Assembly (NCBI GenBank): GCA_044356725.1
Contig: JBIKVS010000002.1
Location: 19,264 to 83,263, forward strand
Source of the DNA: Minisyncoccia bacterium
GTDB lineage: Bacteria > Patescibacteriota > Minisyncoccia > SW-4-49-11
Reading direction: 5' to 3'
Length of the DNA: 64,000 nt
Shown: positions 40,402-50,091 of the stretch, piece after piece
Numbering within the stretch: position 1 is the stretch's first letter
Layout: each line of letters starts with the position of its first letter
Position numbers and translations under genes: made by a program
The notes under the pieces: model-generated
Databases searched by the model: none
The model's input: only the letters and a program-made list of their open reading frames with translations
What the model was told of the DNA's origin: nothing

Positions 40402-42726
40402 ATGAAAATAAGAATTAATAAAGGTTTTTCACTCCTAGAAATACTCTTAGTAATAACATTATTGTCTATATTGTTTACTATATTAGTGGTGAGAATAAAT
40501 CCTCGAAATATAGTTTATATATCAGAAGACAATAAAAGAGAGGCTGATGCATTGACAATTTATCAAGCCTTAGAGCAATATGCTATCAAGAATAATGCCT
40601 ATCCAGAGAGTATAAAGAATATGCCTAATAATAGTTCAGCTTATATCTGTAAAACCTCCGCCCCAAATTGCCAAGCCCCAAAAATAAATTTATCTTCCAT
40701 ACTAGTACCAACATATTTCTCTAAAATTCCAGAATATTCTACAGATAATACTAATAGTGGGTTTTATGTAATTAAAGATATTAATGGTAAAATTGGAGTT
40801 GGAGGAGTAAGACAATTAGACGAGACGACCTTTGTCAAAGGATTGGAGAGTCAAAGTTTTGCGACGATTCCAAATCAACCATCAAAGTTAGCTGTAACCT
40901 CCTGTACATATGCGAATAAAAAAATAAGTATACCCTATACAGCAGGAGAAGTAGGCTATAATTATGCTAGTCAAACAATTAACTCCACGGGAGTAACCGG
41001 ATTAACAGCAACATTATTAGGAGATGAACCTCTCGCAACAGGAGGCACCGTCATAGATAGTGGAGGTTTCCGCTATCACGTCTTTACGAGTAGCGGAACA
41101 TTTAATGTAACAACTACCAACCAGATGACTGTTGTTCTTGTCGGCGGTGGGGGTGGCGGTGGTGGTGGACACGCTAATGCAGGTGCAGGTGCAGGTGCGG
41201 GCGGTAAACTTGTCACACTTGCTGAATCTATTCCATCAGGCTCATTTAACATTGTTATCGGTGACGCCGGAGGCGGAGGAGCAAATGGTGTCGCCGGGAA
41301 TAACGGCCAAGCGTCAACAGGATTCAGTTATACGGCTACCGGTGGACAGGGCGGAGGATCGGGTTGGATCGGAGATTCACGAAATGGCCAAGGTGGGACT
41401 ACGGGTGGTTCTGCGGGTGGGGCCAGTGGTCTTGCAGGAAGCCAAGGTGGTGCAAACGGTGGCGGATGGGATGACGGAGCAGAGGTTCTTAATTCGTTTA
41501 TCGGCAACGGTGCCGGCGGAGCAGATGTAGGTGGTACTTATTCTGGTGGAGGCGGCGGAGGTGGTGTTACGGTATCACTTTCCAGTGTGGCGGCGATAAA
41601 TGGCACCATAGGTTCAAATGCGGTCAAGTACTACACAGAAAATGCAGGCCCTGGCGGAGCTGGGTATGGGGCTGGCGGTGGAGGTGCATCTGGACCGAAT
41701 GCCGGGGGTGCAGGAGCAAAAGGGATTGTCATAGTGAGGTATCAATTAGCAACAGGAGGTAACTTAGCTACCAGTGGACTTCTAGAATATACAGTCACAG
41801 GGACTCCTAGTGGAGTAGGAACCGCTAATTTTGATCTTAGCAATATTGGTAATATGGGAGTTGGTTGTAATAATAGTAATATAGCGGTTAATGTGACAGG
41901 AACTCTCGCAACAGGAGGAGATACTACAACAGATATAACAGTAGGAGCCGATACATATAGAGTACACACATTTACAACCGTCGGTACATCTAGTTTGAAT
42001 GTAACACAAGGTGGAGAGTTTGAATATCTAGTAGTTGGTGGAGGCGGTGCTGGAGGTCCTACATATCATGGCGCCGGGGGAGGAGCAGGGGGATATCGTT
42101 CTTCAGTGATAGGAGAAATGTCTGGTGGAGGAAGTATGGCAGAGCCAAGTTTAACTATAAATAGTGGATCCTATCAAGTTACGGTTGGAGCTGGTGGAAT
42201 TGGAGGAGTGAATAATGGTAATGGCGTAAATTCAACATTTTCTAATATAATAGCACTAGGTGGTGGAGGCGGTAATGGCAGAACTGGAGGATCAGGGTCA
42301 GGTACTTCTTACGGTTCCTCAGGTGTTAGTGTTGGTTTAGGAACTGCTAGCCAAGGATATAATGGTGGTACGGGACTTATGACATCTGCTGCACCTAATT
42401 ATGGCTCAGGTGGTGGTGGTGGTGCCGGAGGAGTAGGCCAAACAGGGACATCTACTTCTGGTGGAAATGGAGGTATAGGTTTAACCTCATCAATTAATGG
42501 GACTCCGATGACACGTGCAGGTGGTGGTGGTGGATCTACATATAATGGGGGCTCCCCAGGACAAGGTATTGCTGGCGGTGGAAATGGAAGTAACGGACAA
42601 GGTACATCTGCAGCATTAAACTCTGGAAGTGGAGGTGGAGGATCTGAACGATCTGCTGGAATAATTCAAGGTGGCTCCGGTGGTTCCGGCATCGTAATCG
42701 TGAGGTATAAGTTATTTGACTATTGA
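40402..42726 (+). CDS. Large secreted protein with a type IV prepilin-like N-terminus and an extremely Gly-rich repetitive body
   Basis: MKIRINKGFSLLEILLVITLLSILFTIL is a prepilin leader plus hydrophobic helix. Long runs follow such as GGGGGGGGHANAGAGAGAGG, with recurring GxGGxG blocks. It is 774 aa. Confidence 0.7.
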   Translation: MKIRINKGFSLLEILLVITLLSILFTILVVRINPRNIVYISEDNKREADALTIYQALEQYAIKNNAYPESIKNMPNNSSAYICKTSAPNCQAPKINLSSILVPTYFSKIPEYSTDNTNSGFYVIKDINGKIGVGGVRQLDETTFVKGLESQSFATIPNQPSKLAVTSCTYANKKISIPYTAGEVGYNYASQTINSTGVTGLTATLLGDEPLATGGTVIDSGGFRYHVFTSSGTFNVTTTNQMTVVLVGGGGGGGGGHANAGAGAGAGGKLVTLAESIPSGSFNIVIGDAGGGGANGVAGNNGQASTGFSYTATGGQGGGSGWIGDSRNGQGGTTGGSAGGASGLAGSQGGANGGGWDDGAEVLNSFIGNGAGGADVGGTYSGGGGGGGVTVSLSSVAAINGTIGSNAVKYYTENAGPGGAGYGAGGGGASGPNAGGAGAKGIVIVRYQLATGGNLATSGLLEYTVTGTPSGVGTANFDLSNIGNMGVGCNNSNIAVNVTGTLATGGDTTTDITVGADTYRVHTFTTVGTSSLNVTQGGEFEYLVVGGGGAGGPTYHGAGGGAGGYRSSVIGEMSGGGSMAEPSLTINSGSYQVTVGAGGIGGVNNGNGVNSTFSNIIALGGGGGNGRTGGSGSGTSYGSSGVSVGLGTASQGYNGGTGLMTSAAPNYGSGGGGGAGGVGQTGTSTSGGNGGIGLTSSINGTPMTRAGGGGGSTYNGGSPGQGIAGGGNGSNGQGTSAALNSGSGGGGSERSAGIIQGGSGGSGIVIVRYKLFDY

Positions 42727-42790
42727 TTCTATATTAAGTGTACTAATTCATAAAGTTAATAAACATATCGACATAGTATTTTAGCACTTT

Positions 42791-42845
42791 GAGTTCCTGG
42801 ACTCCTTGATGGGAGGTGGAACCGTAGGTGTCGTAAGAGTGCAGA
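42791..42845. repeat. Degenerate single-module copy (J) of the repeat family
   Basis: cctggactccttgatgggaggtggaaccgtaggtgtcg resembles the module cctcccttgggggaggtggcaccgtaggtgacgg of copies H and I. Confidence 0.4.
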
Positions 42846-42942
42846 TTTAAATTTCCCTCTATTCCTTAACTTAATAAAAAAATAAAGTCACCCGTAGTAG
42901 AAAAAATGTTTTCCCCTACCCCCTCCCTGTCCGTTCCCAACA

Positions 42943-42980
42943 TAAAAATAATCCCCAAGTTTTTGGGGATTATTTTTATT
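42943..42980. terminator. Bidirectional rho-independent terminator downstream of tRNA-Leu
   Basis: aaaaat-AATCCCCAA-gtttt-TTGGGGATT-atttttatt. The stem is perfect at 9 bp, flanked by an A-run and a T-run. Confidence 0.6.
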
Positions 42981-42981
42981 G

Positions 42982-43064
42982 TGCTGGTGAACGGACTTGA
43001 ACCGTTACGGAGTTGCCTCCAAAGGATTTTGAGTCCTTCGTGTCTACCATTCCACCACACCAGC
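42982..43064 (-). tRNA. tRNA-Leu (anticodon CAA), class II with a long variable arm
   Basis: The minus-strand sequence is GCTGGTGTGGTGGAATGGTAGACACGAAGGACTCAAAATCCTTTGGAGGCAACTCCGTAACGGTTCAAGTCCGTTCACCAGCA. The acceptor stem GCTGGTG/CACCAGC is perfect. The anticodon stem is AAGGA/TCCTT with loop CTCAAAA, the variable arm is long, and the T-arm is CGGTTCAAGTCCG. Confidence 0.85.
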
Positions 43065-43186
43065 TATGTATTATTATAATTGTGGATAACTATGTTAGTA
43101 TACCTGTCTATAAACCCCTTGTCAATAATTTTAAAGTATGTTATAATATAAAAGTATTAGCGATATCAAAATAAAATATTAAAGAT

Positions 43187-43882
43187 ATGCATAACTCAGA
43201 CGACAAATCTCAGCAAATTGCTGAACTAGAACAAATTGTAAAAGAAGCAGAAGCTAGGCTAAACCAAGCAAGGGCTATGTTAACTCAAGTTGCTGGAGCT
43301 AGCCAACCCTACACAAGTGTAGCTGGACAAGCAGAAAAAATTGTATTGGGAGAATTTACCGGAGAATATATGGTAGATGAAAACAAAAAACAATATCCTG
43401 TACCTGCCAACTATGCTAGTAAATCTAAGTTGATTGAAGGAGATCAGCTTAAGCTTACAATAACTGCAGATGGAGCTTTCATTTATAAGCAAATTGGTCC
43501 AGCTCCTCGTAGAAGAGCTATTGGAATTATTACCTATCAGGATAATAGTTATTTTGCTAAAGTTGGAGATGAGCTTTATAGATTATTAACTGCTTCTGTT
43601 ACCTACTTTAGATTATCTCCAGGAGATGAAGTAACAATTTTAACTCCTTTAACCAAAAAAAGTGAATGGGCAGCTATTGAAAATGTAGTTAGTTCTGTAA
43701 CACTTGGAATAGTTAATCCTAATGCTCCCTCACAACTTGGAACTACAACTGTGACTAATTATCAAACTTCTACCCCTAATAACCCTACTGTTACTGAGAC
43801 TGAACCAGAAACTACGCCAGCCGATGAAACTGATTCTGATGAAAAATCAGATGATGAGGAATTAAAAATACAGCCTTGGTAA
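43187..43882 (+). CDS. Hypothetical protein with an N-terminal coiled-coil and a Thr/Pro/Asp-rich acidic tail
   Basis: 231-aa ORF. It overlaps the downstream GtrA-like gene by 7 nt, which suggests an operon. No recognisable domain. Confidence 0.5.
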   Translation: MHNSDDKSQQIAELEQIVKEAEARLNQARAMLTQVAGASQPYTSVAGQAEKIVLGEFTGEYMVDENKKQYPVPANYASKSKLIEGDQLKLTITADGAFIYKQIGPAPRRRAIGIITYQDNSYFAKVGDELYRLLTASVTYFRLSPGDEVTILTPLTKKSEWAAIENVVSSVTLGIVNPNAPSQLGTTTVTNYQTSTPNNPTVTETEPETTPADETDSDEKSDDEELKIQPW

Positions 43883-44307
43883 ATCTCAGAGAAATTATAG
43901 TATTTGGTATAATTGGAGTCATAAATACCTCGATTGATATCGGGGTATTTATGTTTTTAAAATATATATTTCAGATTAATAATCAATCTGATTGGCTAAT
44001 TTTCATAAATCTAATCGCTATTATATTAGCAATTATTTTTAGTTATTTTGCTAATAAATACTTTACTTTTCAACATAAAGCAAAAACTAATACTAAAGAA
44101 ATAACTAGTTTTCTAATTGTAAATTTAGTTGGATTTTTAGTTAATACAAGTATTTTAAGGCTTGTTATTTATTTATTACCTAGTGAAGTTAGTTTGCCTG
44201 TAATTCCATTCTTGATAGATCCTGCCTTTATTGGTAAAATATTAGGAACAGCTGGCTCAATGGTAGTTACCTTTATTGGATATAAATTTTTTGTATTTAA
44301 TAAATAA
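43876..44307 (+). CDS. GtrA-family membrane protein
   Basis: 143 aa with 4 TM helices and the typical GtrA N-terminus IVFGIIGVINTSIDIGVFMFL. Confidence 0.7.
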   Translation: MVNLREIIVFGIIGVINTSIDIGVFMFLKYIFQINNQSDWLIFINLIAIILAIIFSYFANKYFTFQHKAKTNTKEITSFLIVNLVGFLVNTSILRLVIYLLPSEVSLPVIPFLIDPAFIGKILGTAGSMVVTFIGYKFFVFNK

Positions 44308-44319
44308 AAGAATAGTTTT

Positions 44320-45951
44320 ATGCCCGCTTTATATCGTACTTATAGACCTCAAAACTTCAAGCAAGTTATAGGTCAAGAAATTATTAAAACCACCCTACAA
44401 AATGCGATTATCAACAATCGCACTGTACATTCATATCTTTTCAGTGGACCTCGTGGAACTGGGAAAACCACAATGGCTAGAATTTTTGCAAAAGCCTTAA
44501 ATTGTATCAATCGACAACCTAATTCAGCCGAACCTTGTAATCTTTGTGATAATTGTAAATCTATTAACGATAATTCATTTATTGACTTAGTTGAAATTGA
44601 TGCCGCTTCCAATCGTGGAATCGATGAAATTCGTAATTTAAAGGAAGCTATTCGATTTGCCCCTTCTCAGAAAAATGGCTATAAAATATATATTATAGAT
44701 GAGTCTCATATGTTAACCAAAGATGCGTCCAATGCTCTTTTAAAAACACTAGAAGAACCCCCTCATAATACCATTTTTATTTTAGCTACGACTGATGCTC
44801 ATAAAATGCTACCCACCATTCTCTCGAGAGTTCAAAAATTTGATTTCAAACCATTAGCTCACTCAGAGTTAAAGCAAAAGATTTTATTTATAACCAAAGA
44901 AGAACAAATCAAAATCGACGAGCAAGTAGTGAATCAAATTATATTACAAGCGATGGGAGGAGCTAGAGATGCTGAGAGTATTCTAGGTAAATTAATCTCA
45001 GCTGGAACAGAAGATATTACAATAGATTTTGCCTCCACAATTCTAGGTAAAAATTCTTACTTTGAAGCTTATACTTTATTGGAATTTTTATCACACAATC
45101 AACTATATTTAGCTATTCAACATATTCATAAATTATATAATGATGGTTATGGAATGGAACAATTAATCACTAATTTACTAACTATTAGTCATAATATATT
45201 TTTATTACAAATTGATAAAAATCTAATTCAACAAGAATCTTTATTGGATGATGAATATTCCCGATTAGAAATATTAGCTACAGATATATCTAAAATGAAA
45301 GTTAGAGATTTTATTCAGGATCTTGAGACTATTAAATCACAAACCCACTCAGCTTATTTACCATATCTACCTTTGGAATTAGTTATAGCTAAAATTTGGG
45401 ATATAGATAGTATGAATCAAAATTCAAATAATATTATCCCCGATAATATAGATAAGACAACAATTATAAATTCTGATACAAAATTAGCCCCTAAAACTAA
45501 GCCTATAGAGAATATTCCTCCCCAGAATACACCTCCACCAGCTCCTACAACACCCCAACCTAAAGATAACCCAATAGTCAAAGAAACATCTGGCTCTGCA
45601 GATATTTATAGTGTATACAAAGTGTATCCCGCTATTAATAAATCCTTAACTAAAACTAACAAAAGTTTAGCTATAATTTTTGCTCAAACCCATCCTGTTG
45701 AGATAATAGATAATATCATTATAATCGCCGTAGAATCTGATTTTTATAGATCTAGATTAGAGAAAACCACCAAGCTTATCTTAGAATATATAACAGAACA
45801 CTTTCCTTCTATAATGGGAATAAATTTTATTACTAAAAAAGTTGAACCTGTTTCATTTGATTTCAACCAAAACCCAGAATCTGATGTTGAAAATGATAAG
45901 CCTAAAGATATTAATGATACTATAGCCGATATTTTTAAGGATAGTCTATAA
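44320..45951 (+). CDS. dnaX: DNA polymerase III subunit gamma/tau
   Basis: YRPQNFKQVIGQE, Walker A GPRGTGKTT, zinc module CNLCDNC, SRC/sensor motifs, and Walker B YIIDESHML. Confidence 0.9.
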   Translation: MPALYRTYRPQNFKQVIGQEIIKTTLQNAIINNRTVHSYLFSGPRGTGKTTMARIFAKALNCINRQPNSAEPCNLCDNCKSINDNSFIDLVEIDAASNRGIDEIRNLKEAIRFAPSQKNGYKIYIIDESHMLTKDASNALLKTLEEPPHNTIFILATTDAHKMLPTILSRVQKFDFKPLAHSELKQKILFITKEEQIKIDEQVVNQIILQAMGGARDAESILGKLISAGTEDITIDFASTILGKNSYFEAYTLLEFLSHNQLYLAIQHIHKLYNDGYGMEQLITNLLTISHNIFLLQIDKNLIQQESLLDDEYSRLEILATDISKMKVRDFIQDLETIKSQTHSAYLPYLPLELVIAKIWDIDSMNQNSNNIIPDNIDKTTIINSDTKLAPKTKPIENIPPQNTPPPAPTTPQPKDNPIVKETSGSADIYSVYKVYPAINKSLTKTNKSLAIIFAQTHPVEIIDNIIIIAVESDFYRSRLEKTTKLILEYITEHFPSIMGINFITKKVEPVSFDFNQNPESDVENDKPKDINDTIADIFKDSL

Positions 45952-47046
45952 TAGATTGTCTCTTTCTTTCAATAAAATTTCTAACTGAATATTGGTGTTT
46001 TGAATATGAATGAAAGCTTCATACGGAGAGCTAAATTGTAATATTTGTTTCTTATTATAATTGTAATAATTAACATAATAAAAGAAATCTCTATTCATAC
46101 TATAGAACAAATTCCTCATCAAAGGGTCATCGTCAATTGTATCAATTTCTGCATGTTCTTTACCTAGCATATAAGTAGCATATTCCCAAAGCCGAAATAT
46201 AGCTTTTTCTAAATTAGAATATCGTGACCAATTTCTCTCTTCTTGAATACGAATGGAAGATTGTTTTTTAGATTTATTTTTAATAATTTGAGCTTTAGTA
46301 GCCGTCAAGGCAATTTCAAGCCCCATAGATTTGGTCATTAAATCTATATCTTTATGGTTTTTTATATTCATTAAATCAAAATAATTATTACAGGTATACC
46401 AGTGAATATGAATATCTTTTTGCTCCACTTCACGAATCCAAGTCACGCGACCTCCTCTAAACCGTCTAAAGGACTTCAAAGACATAGTCACTGAGCCTCC
46501 TTTTCTTTCATTCACTGTAGTTATAAAATTTTTAATTCCAAGTCCAGTTAATAATTTTTCTAACGGTAATTGTCTATATATAAGTGGGATATAGACCGAA
46601 TTTGGATTAAAATCTAAATAAGTTTTAATCCTATCTATTGTCCCTGCTATTTCATCCTTCCACCAGTCAAAATAATACATACTAAGATGACTACTTCCCC
46701 AATAGGCATCTGGTATTATATAGATTAAATCTTTTTGTAACATTTGCTGCAAAATATCCATAAATTCAGGATATTTTGTATTAGCTACATCTAGAAAATG
46801 TCCCGTCACAATCACCGAAACCTTAATATTTTGAGTATATAGAAACTTAAATAATGGAATATAAATTTGTTCAAATTCTCTTTGCCAAACAGATTCACTT
46901 TGTTGCTTATTTACAAATGGTAATTTCGGATTTTGTAATATATCCACCAAAGACTTAGAAGTATAAGAGAATATCAAAGATAGAGAAATAACTACAGGAT
47001 ATTCTTGCGGGATTGAAATCAAATTTATTTTATCTTTATTACTCAT
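45946..47046 (-). CDS. Hypothetical protein in a glucan-metabolism gene cluster
   Basis: 366 aa, rich in Tyr/Trp, with no recognisable catalytic motif by eye. It overlaps the upstream GT4 gene by 4 nt. Confidence 0.5.
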   Translation of the reverse strand: MSNKDKINLISIPQEYPVVISLSLIFSYTSKSLVDILQNPKLPFVNKQQSESVWQREFEQIYIPLFKFLYTQNIKVSVIVTGHFLDVANTKYPEFMDILQQMLQKDLIYIIPDAYWGSSHLSMYYFDWWKDEIAGTIDRIKTYLDFNPNSVYIPLIYRQLPLEKLLTGLGIKNFITTVNERKGGSVTMSLKSFRRFRGGRVTWIREVEQKDIHIHWYTCNNYFDLMNIKNHKDIDLMTKSMGLEIALTATKAQIIKNKSKKQSSIRIQEERNWSRYSNLEKAIFRLWEYATYMLGKEHAEIDTIDDDPLMRNLFYSMNRDFFYYVNYYNYNKKQILQFSSPYEAFIHIQNTNIQLEILLKERDNLL

Positions 47047-48317
47047 ACCTTATCAATTAATCCTAGTAACTTAGATACTTCCTGTGGCCAATTATGTTTA
47101 GCTAAATCTTCCTGTTGCCTTGTTAAAAGGTCAACTCTAGCATCTTTACCCTGAATGAAATGTAAGATACTATTTGCAAAGGCCTCAATATCATAATAGG
47201 CAAAAGTAGGAGTGGATGGAACCACACTAATAAATCCACTAGTCTCCGAGGCGATAGTAGGGACGCCTGAGCGAATTGCCTCAAGAGCAGTCAAACCAAA
47301 AGGCTCATTAGGAGATGGCATCACGAATAATTGGCTCGTTTTATAAAGTTGATTTCGTGAATTTTCATTCACCCAACCTGTAAATAAAATATTTCTCTCT
47401 AACTTTCTTTTCGCCACATGCTCTACAATTTCTGGCAATAAATTACCTTCTGTAGACCCATCTCCTGCAATAATAAAAGTCACTTGAGAGTCAATTTGTA
47501 AGACTCTGACCGCCGTCTCGAGAAGGAAAAATAAACCTTTCTGCCCAACTACCCTACCCACAAAAAGCACATTCTTACCCTTATCTAAATGCTCAAAACC
47601 AATTTTTTCCGGCTCAAAACTAATATCATTATAAATAGGATAAATTTTATTCTCATCAATATTATAGTCTTCAATCAAAATCTGCTTAGATATATCAGAG
47701 ACAACTGCTACTTTAGAAGCTTGATAAAAACCTTTTTTTTCCAGCTCATACAAAGCCTTAGCTGTATGGTCATTATTCTGTATATACCCACCCGATCTAT
47801 CTACCTCACTGGAATTAATATGATAATAAAAAGGTGTCTCAATCTTATGACGCAAAAGCAAAAAATGAGCAGGGATAGCCATCCAATCCATACCATAAAT
47901 CACATCAAATTTCTGCTTGTTTTTGGTAAGCCAATCATACACAGCATAGGCATAAGCTCTGGTCAACACGGGAGCATTATTGGGGTATAAAGTTTCTTTT
48001 TTATTCTCACCCTTGCTATACAATAAAGGCCATTTGATATTATTTTGTTTCTTTTTACCTTTTGGGACAAATTCAGTTAAAGTAAAGTCTTCTAGGCCAG
48101 GAATAGGACTGTCTGTTTTCGCATATTTTTTGACAGCAGTTTCTAATGATATTATATCAGGGATATTATCAGCATTATGAGGGACTAGAACTGTAACCTC
48201 AGCACCTTGACTTCTTAGCTCATCTACCAAACTTCTCACCAAAACCCCCAAACCACCTTCCATCAAAGGCAAAATCTCCCAAGATAAAATCAGAATTTTT
48301 TTGGGAGTTTGTACCAT
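47043..48317 (-). CDS. Glycogen-synthase-like GT-B glycosyltransferase (GT4/GT5)
   Basis: N-terminal ILILSWEILPLMEGGLGVLV matches the GlgA K/E-TGGL region. The C-terminal E-x7-E is NEPFGLTALEAIRSGVPTIAS. Confidence 0.75.
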   Translation of the reverse strand: MVQTPKKILILSWEILPLMEGGLGVLVRSLVDELRSQGAEVTVLVPHNADNIPDIISLETAVKKYAKTDSPIPGLEDFTLTEFVPKGKKKQNNIKWPLLYSKGENKKETLYPNNAPVLTRAYAYAVYDWLTKNKQKFDVIYGMDWMAIPAHFLLLRHKIETPFYYHINSSEVDRSGGYIQNNDHTAKALYELEKKGFYQASKVAVVSDISKQILIEDYNIDENKIYPIYNDISFEPEKIGFEHLDKGKNVLFVGRVVGQKGLFFLLETAVRVLQIDSQVTFIIAGDGSTEGNLLPEIVEHVAKRKLERNILFTGWVNENSRNQLYKTSQLFVMPSPNEPFGLTALEAIRSGVPTIASETSGFISVVPSTPTFAYYDIEAFANSILHFIQGKDARVDLLTRQQEDLAKHNWPQEVSKLLGLIDKV

Positions 48318-48388
48318 ATTTATAATATATTATATTTCTTATATTATATCATAAAATTTTAAAATAGGCGAATTTGTGTAAACCAATC

Positions 48389-49909
48389 TTACAAGATTCT
48401 TTTATATAAAGAATATCCCTCTTGATTATCCATATTAGGAGCTAATACCCTCACACTATTCGGAGCCATAGTAATATTTAATAACCCTGCATAACCTCCT
48501 AAAGGTTCTGTTTTCCCTGTATATAATAAATCTTTAAGCATAGCCACTTCTGTAATAGCCCCATTTCGCCATTGTATATGTTCTGTAACAGCATAATCAT
48601 TTGGATTTATAATAATCAAAACCGTATCAGCAACATTATTAGTATATCTTTCAAAAGCTAATAATTGATGAGCAGGAGCTATACGAAAATCACCTATTCT
48701 CAAAGCTCTATTTTGTTTATGTAAATTGATAAGGCTTTGTATCCATTCTAAATCAGGGTGATTTTGCTCTACTTTATCCCACTCCATAGCCCCTCTTTGT
48801 TCTGGGTCCCAGTGACCTGTCATCCCAATTTCACTACCATAATAAATATTGGGTGATCCTGGTAAAGTAAATTGTAAAACTTGAGCCAATTTTCTTTTGG
48901 CATTGTCAGGTATTCTAGAAGCTAATCGCTCTAAATCATGATTATCTAAAAATATCCAACTCTTCAGTAAAGATTCTATTCCTATATCTTTGACCATATG
49001 CCTAAGCATATAAGCTACTGTTTCGACTTTGATTTCTCCCTCTAACATTAATATAATTAAACTTCTCAAATGATAATTCACAACCCCATCCATAGCAGGC
49101 ATCCAACCAGCTGGATAATTGATAATCTCCCCTACCACTAAAGAATTTTCTTTTTCTTGATGCGAAACTGCTGTAATTTGGGATAAAAAGTTATGCCCCA
49201 AATCATAAGCAGTATCCAATCTTAAACCATCAATATCATCCTGCATATATGCTCTAATAACTGAATCTTGAGCTTGCCATAAATACTCTTGTACTGCGGG
49301 ATTTTCTAAATTTAATTCTGGTAAATTGAGTTGACCTCGCCAAGTACAAGCTCCTCCTGGTAAATTTTCATCAAAATAAAACCATTCCCTCCAAATACTA
49401 TTAGGATTATGCATTGCATCTTGAAACTGAGTAGAATTTCGTCCAATATGATTAAAGACGCCATCTAGAATTAATTTCATACCTCGCTTATGTAGATTCT
49501 CAGCTAATTTTCTCAAGTCTTCTCTAGAACCAAGCTCTGGAGAAATTTGCTTAAAATCTAAACAATCATATTTATGATTCGTAAAACCTAGTTGAATAGG
49601 ACTTAAATATAAAACCTCAACACCCAAACTCTGTATATAATCTAATTTACTAATTAAACTTGCTAAATCCCCTCCCCAAAATTCCAATTCTTGACTATAT
49701 ACTTTTAACTCCTCAATATACTCCCCTGCTGTGGGCTTATCATTCCAATTTTTAAGAACTCTAGGAGCTGAATATAAGTCTTTTTTAGCTTCTAAATTCA
49801 AACTAGGAGCAAATCTATCGACAATAACTTGATACACAGTAGCCCCATTTCGCCAATCTAATTCTCTTGCCTGATAAACATCTATATTATCTTGACTGTA
49901 ATCTGACAT
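48389..49909 (-). CDS. GH13 alpha-amylase-family glycoside hydrolase
   Basis: GH13 regions I-IV are present: DGVFNH, GLRLDTAYD, EIINY, and FLDNHD. There is also the YQVIVDRF N-terminal motif. Confidence 0.85.
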   Translation of the reverse strand: MSDYSQDNIDVYQARELDWRNGATVYQVIVDRFAPSLNLEAKKDLYSAPRVLKNWNDKPTAGEYIEELKVYSQELEFWGGDLASLISKLDYIQSLGVEVLYLSPIQLGFTNHKYDCLDFKQISPELGSREDLRKLAENLHKRGMKLILDGVFNHIGRNSTQFQDAMHNPNSIWREWFYFDENLPGGACTWRGQLNLPELNLENPAVQEYLWQAQDSVIRAYMQDDIDGLRLDTAYDLGHNFLSQITAVSHQEKENSLVVGEIINYPAGWMPAMDGVVNYHLRSLIILMLEGEIKVETVAYMLRHMVKDIGIESLLKSWIFLDNHDLERLASRIPDNAKRKLAQVLQFTLPGSPNIYYGSEIGMTGHWDPEQRGAMEWDKVEQNHPDLEWIQSLINLHKQNRALRIGDFRIAPAHQLLAFERYTNNVADTVLIIINPNDYAVTEHIQWRNGAITEVAMLKDLLYTGKTEPLGGYAGLLNITMAPNSVRVLAPNMDNQEGYSLYKRIL

Positions 49910-49956
49910 TATTGAATTTAATATTATTATATTTATAATAGCATAAATTAAGAAAA

Positions 49957-50088
49957 GTATGAATGGTGAGTTGTGAGTTCCGTAGGGGCGACCTTACAGT
50001 CGCCTGAGTCCTCCCTACATTAGAGTAATGTCGGCGAGTACATCGACTCTACAAAATTCATAATTTATAATTCACAATTTATAATTAT
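49957..50088. repeat. Composite repeat element, copy F, with AT-rich inverted ends
   Basis: Left end agtatgaatggtgagttgtgagtt. Internal modules are ggcgaccttacagtcgcc (49987-50004) and taatgtcggcgagtacatcgactctaca. The right end aaaattcataatttataattcacaatttataatt abuts the ileS stop codon. Confidence 0.7.
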
Positions 50089-50091
50089 CTC

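Noticed and set aside
41132-42009. ORFs 41132-41530 (+), 41742-41969 (-), and 41782-42009 (-)
   Set aside because: Alternative-frame or antisense readings of the low-complexity GGT/GGA/GGC repeat region of the Gly-rich pilin-like gene.
42866-43060. ORF 42866-43060 (-), 64 aa
   Set aside because: It overlaps the tRNA-Leu(CAA) gene and its terminator.
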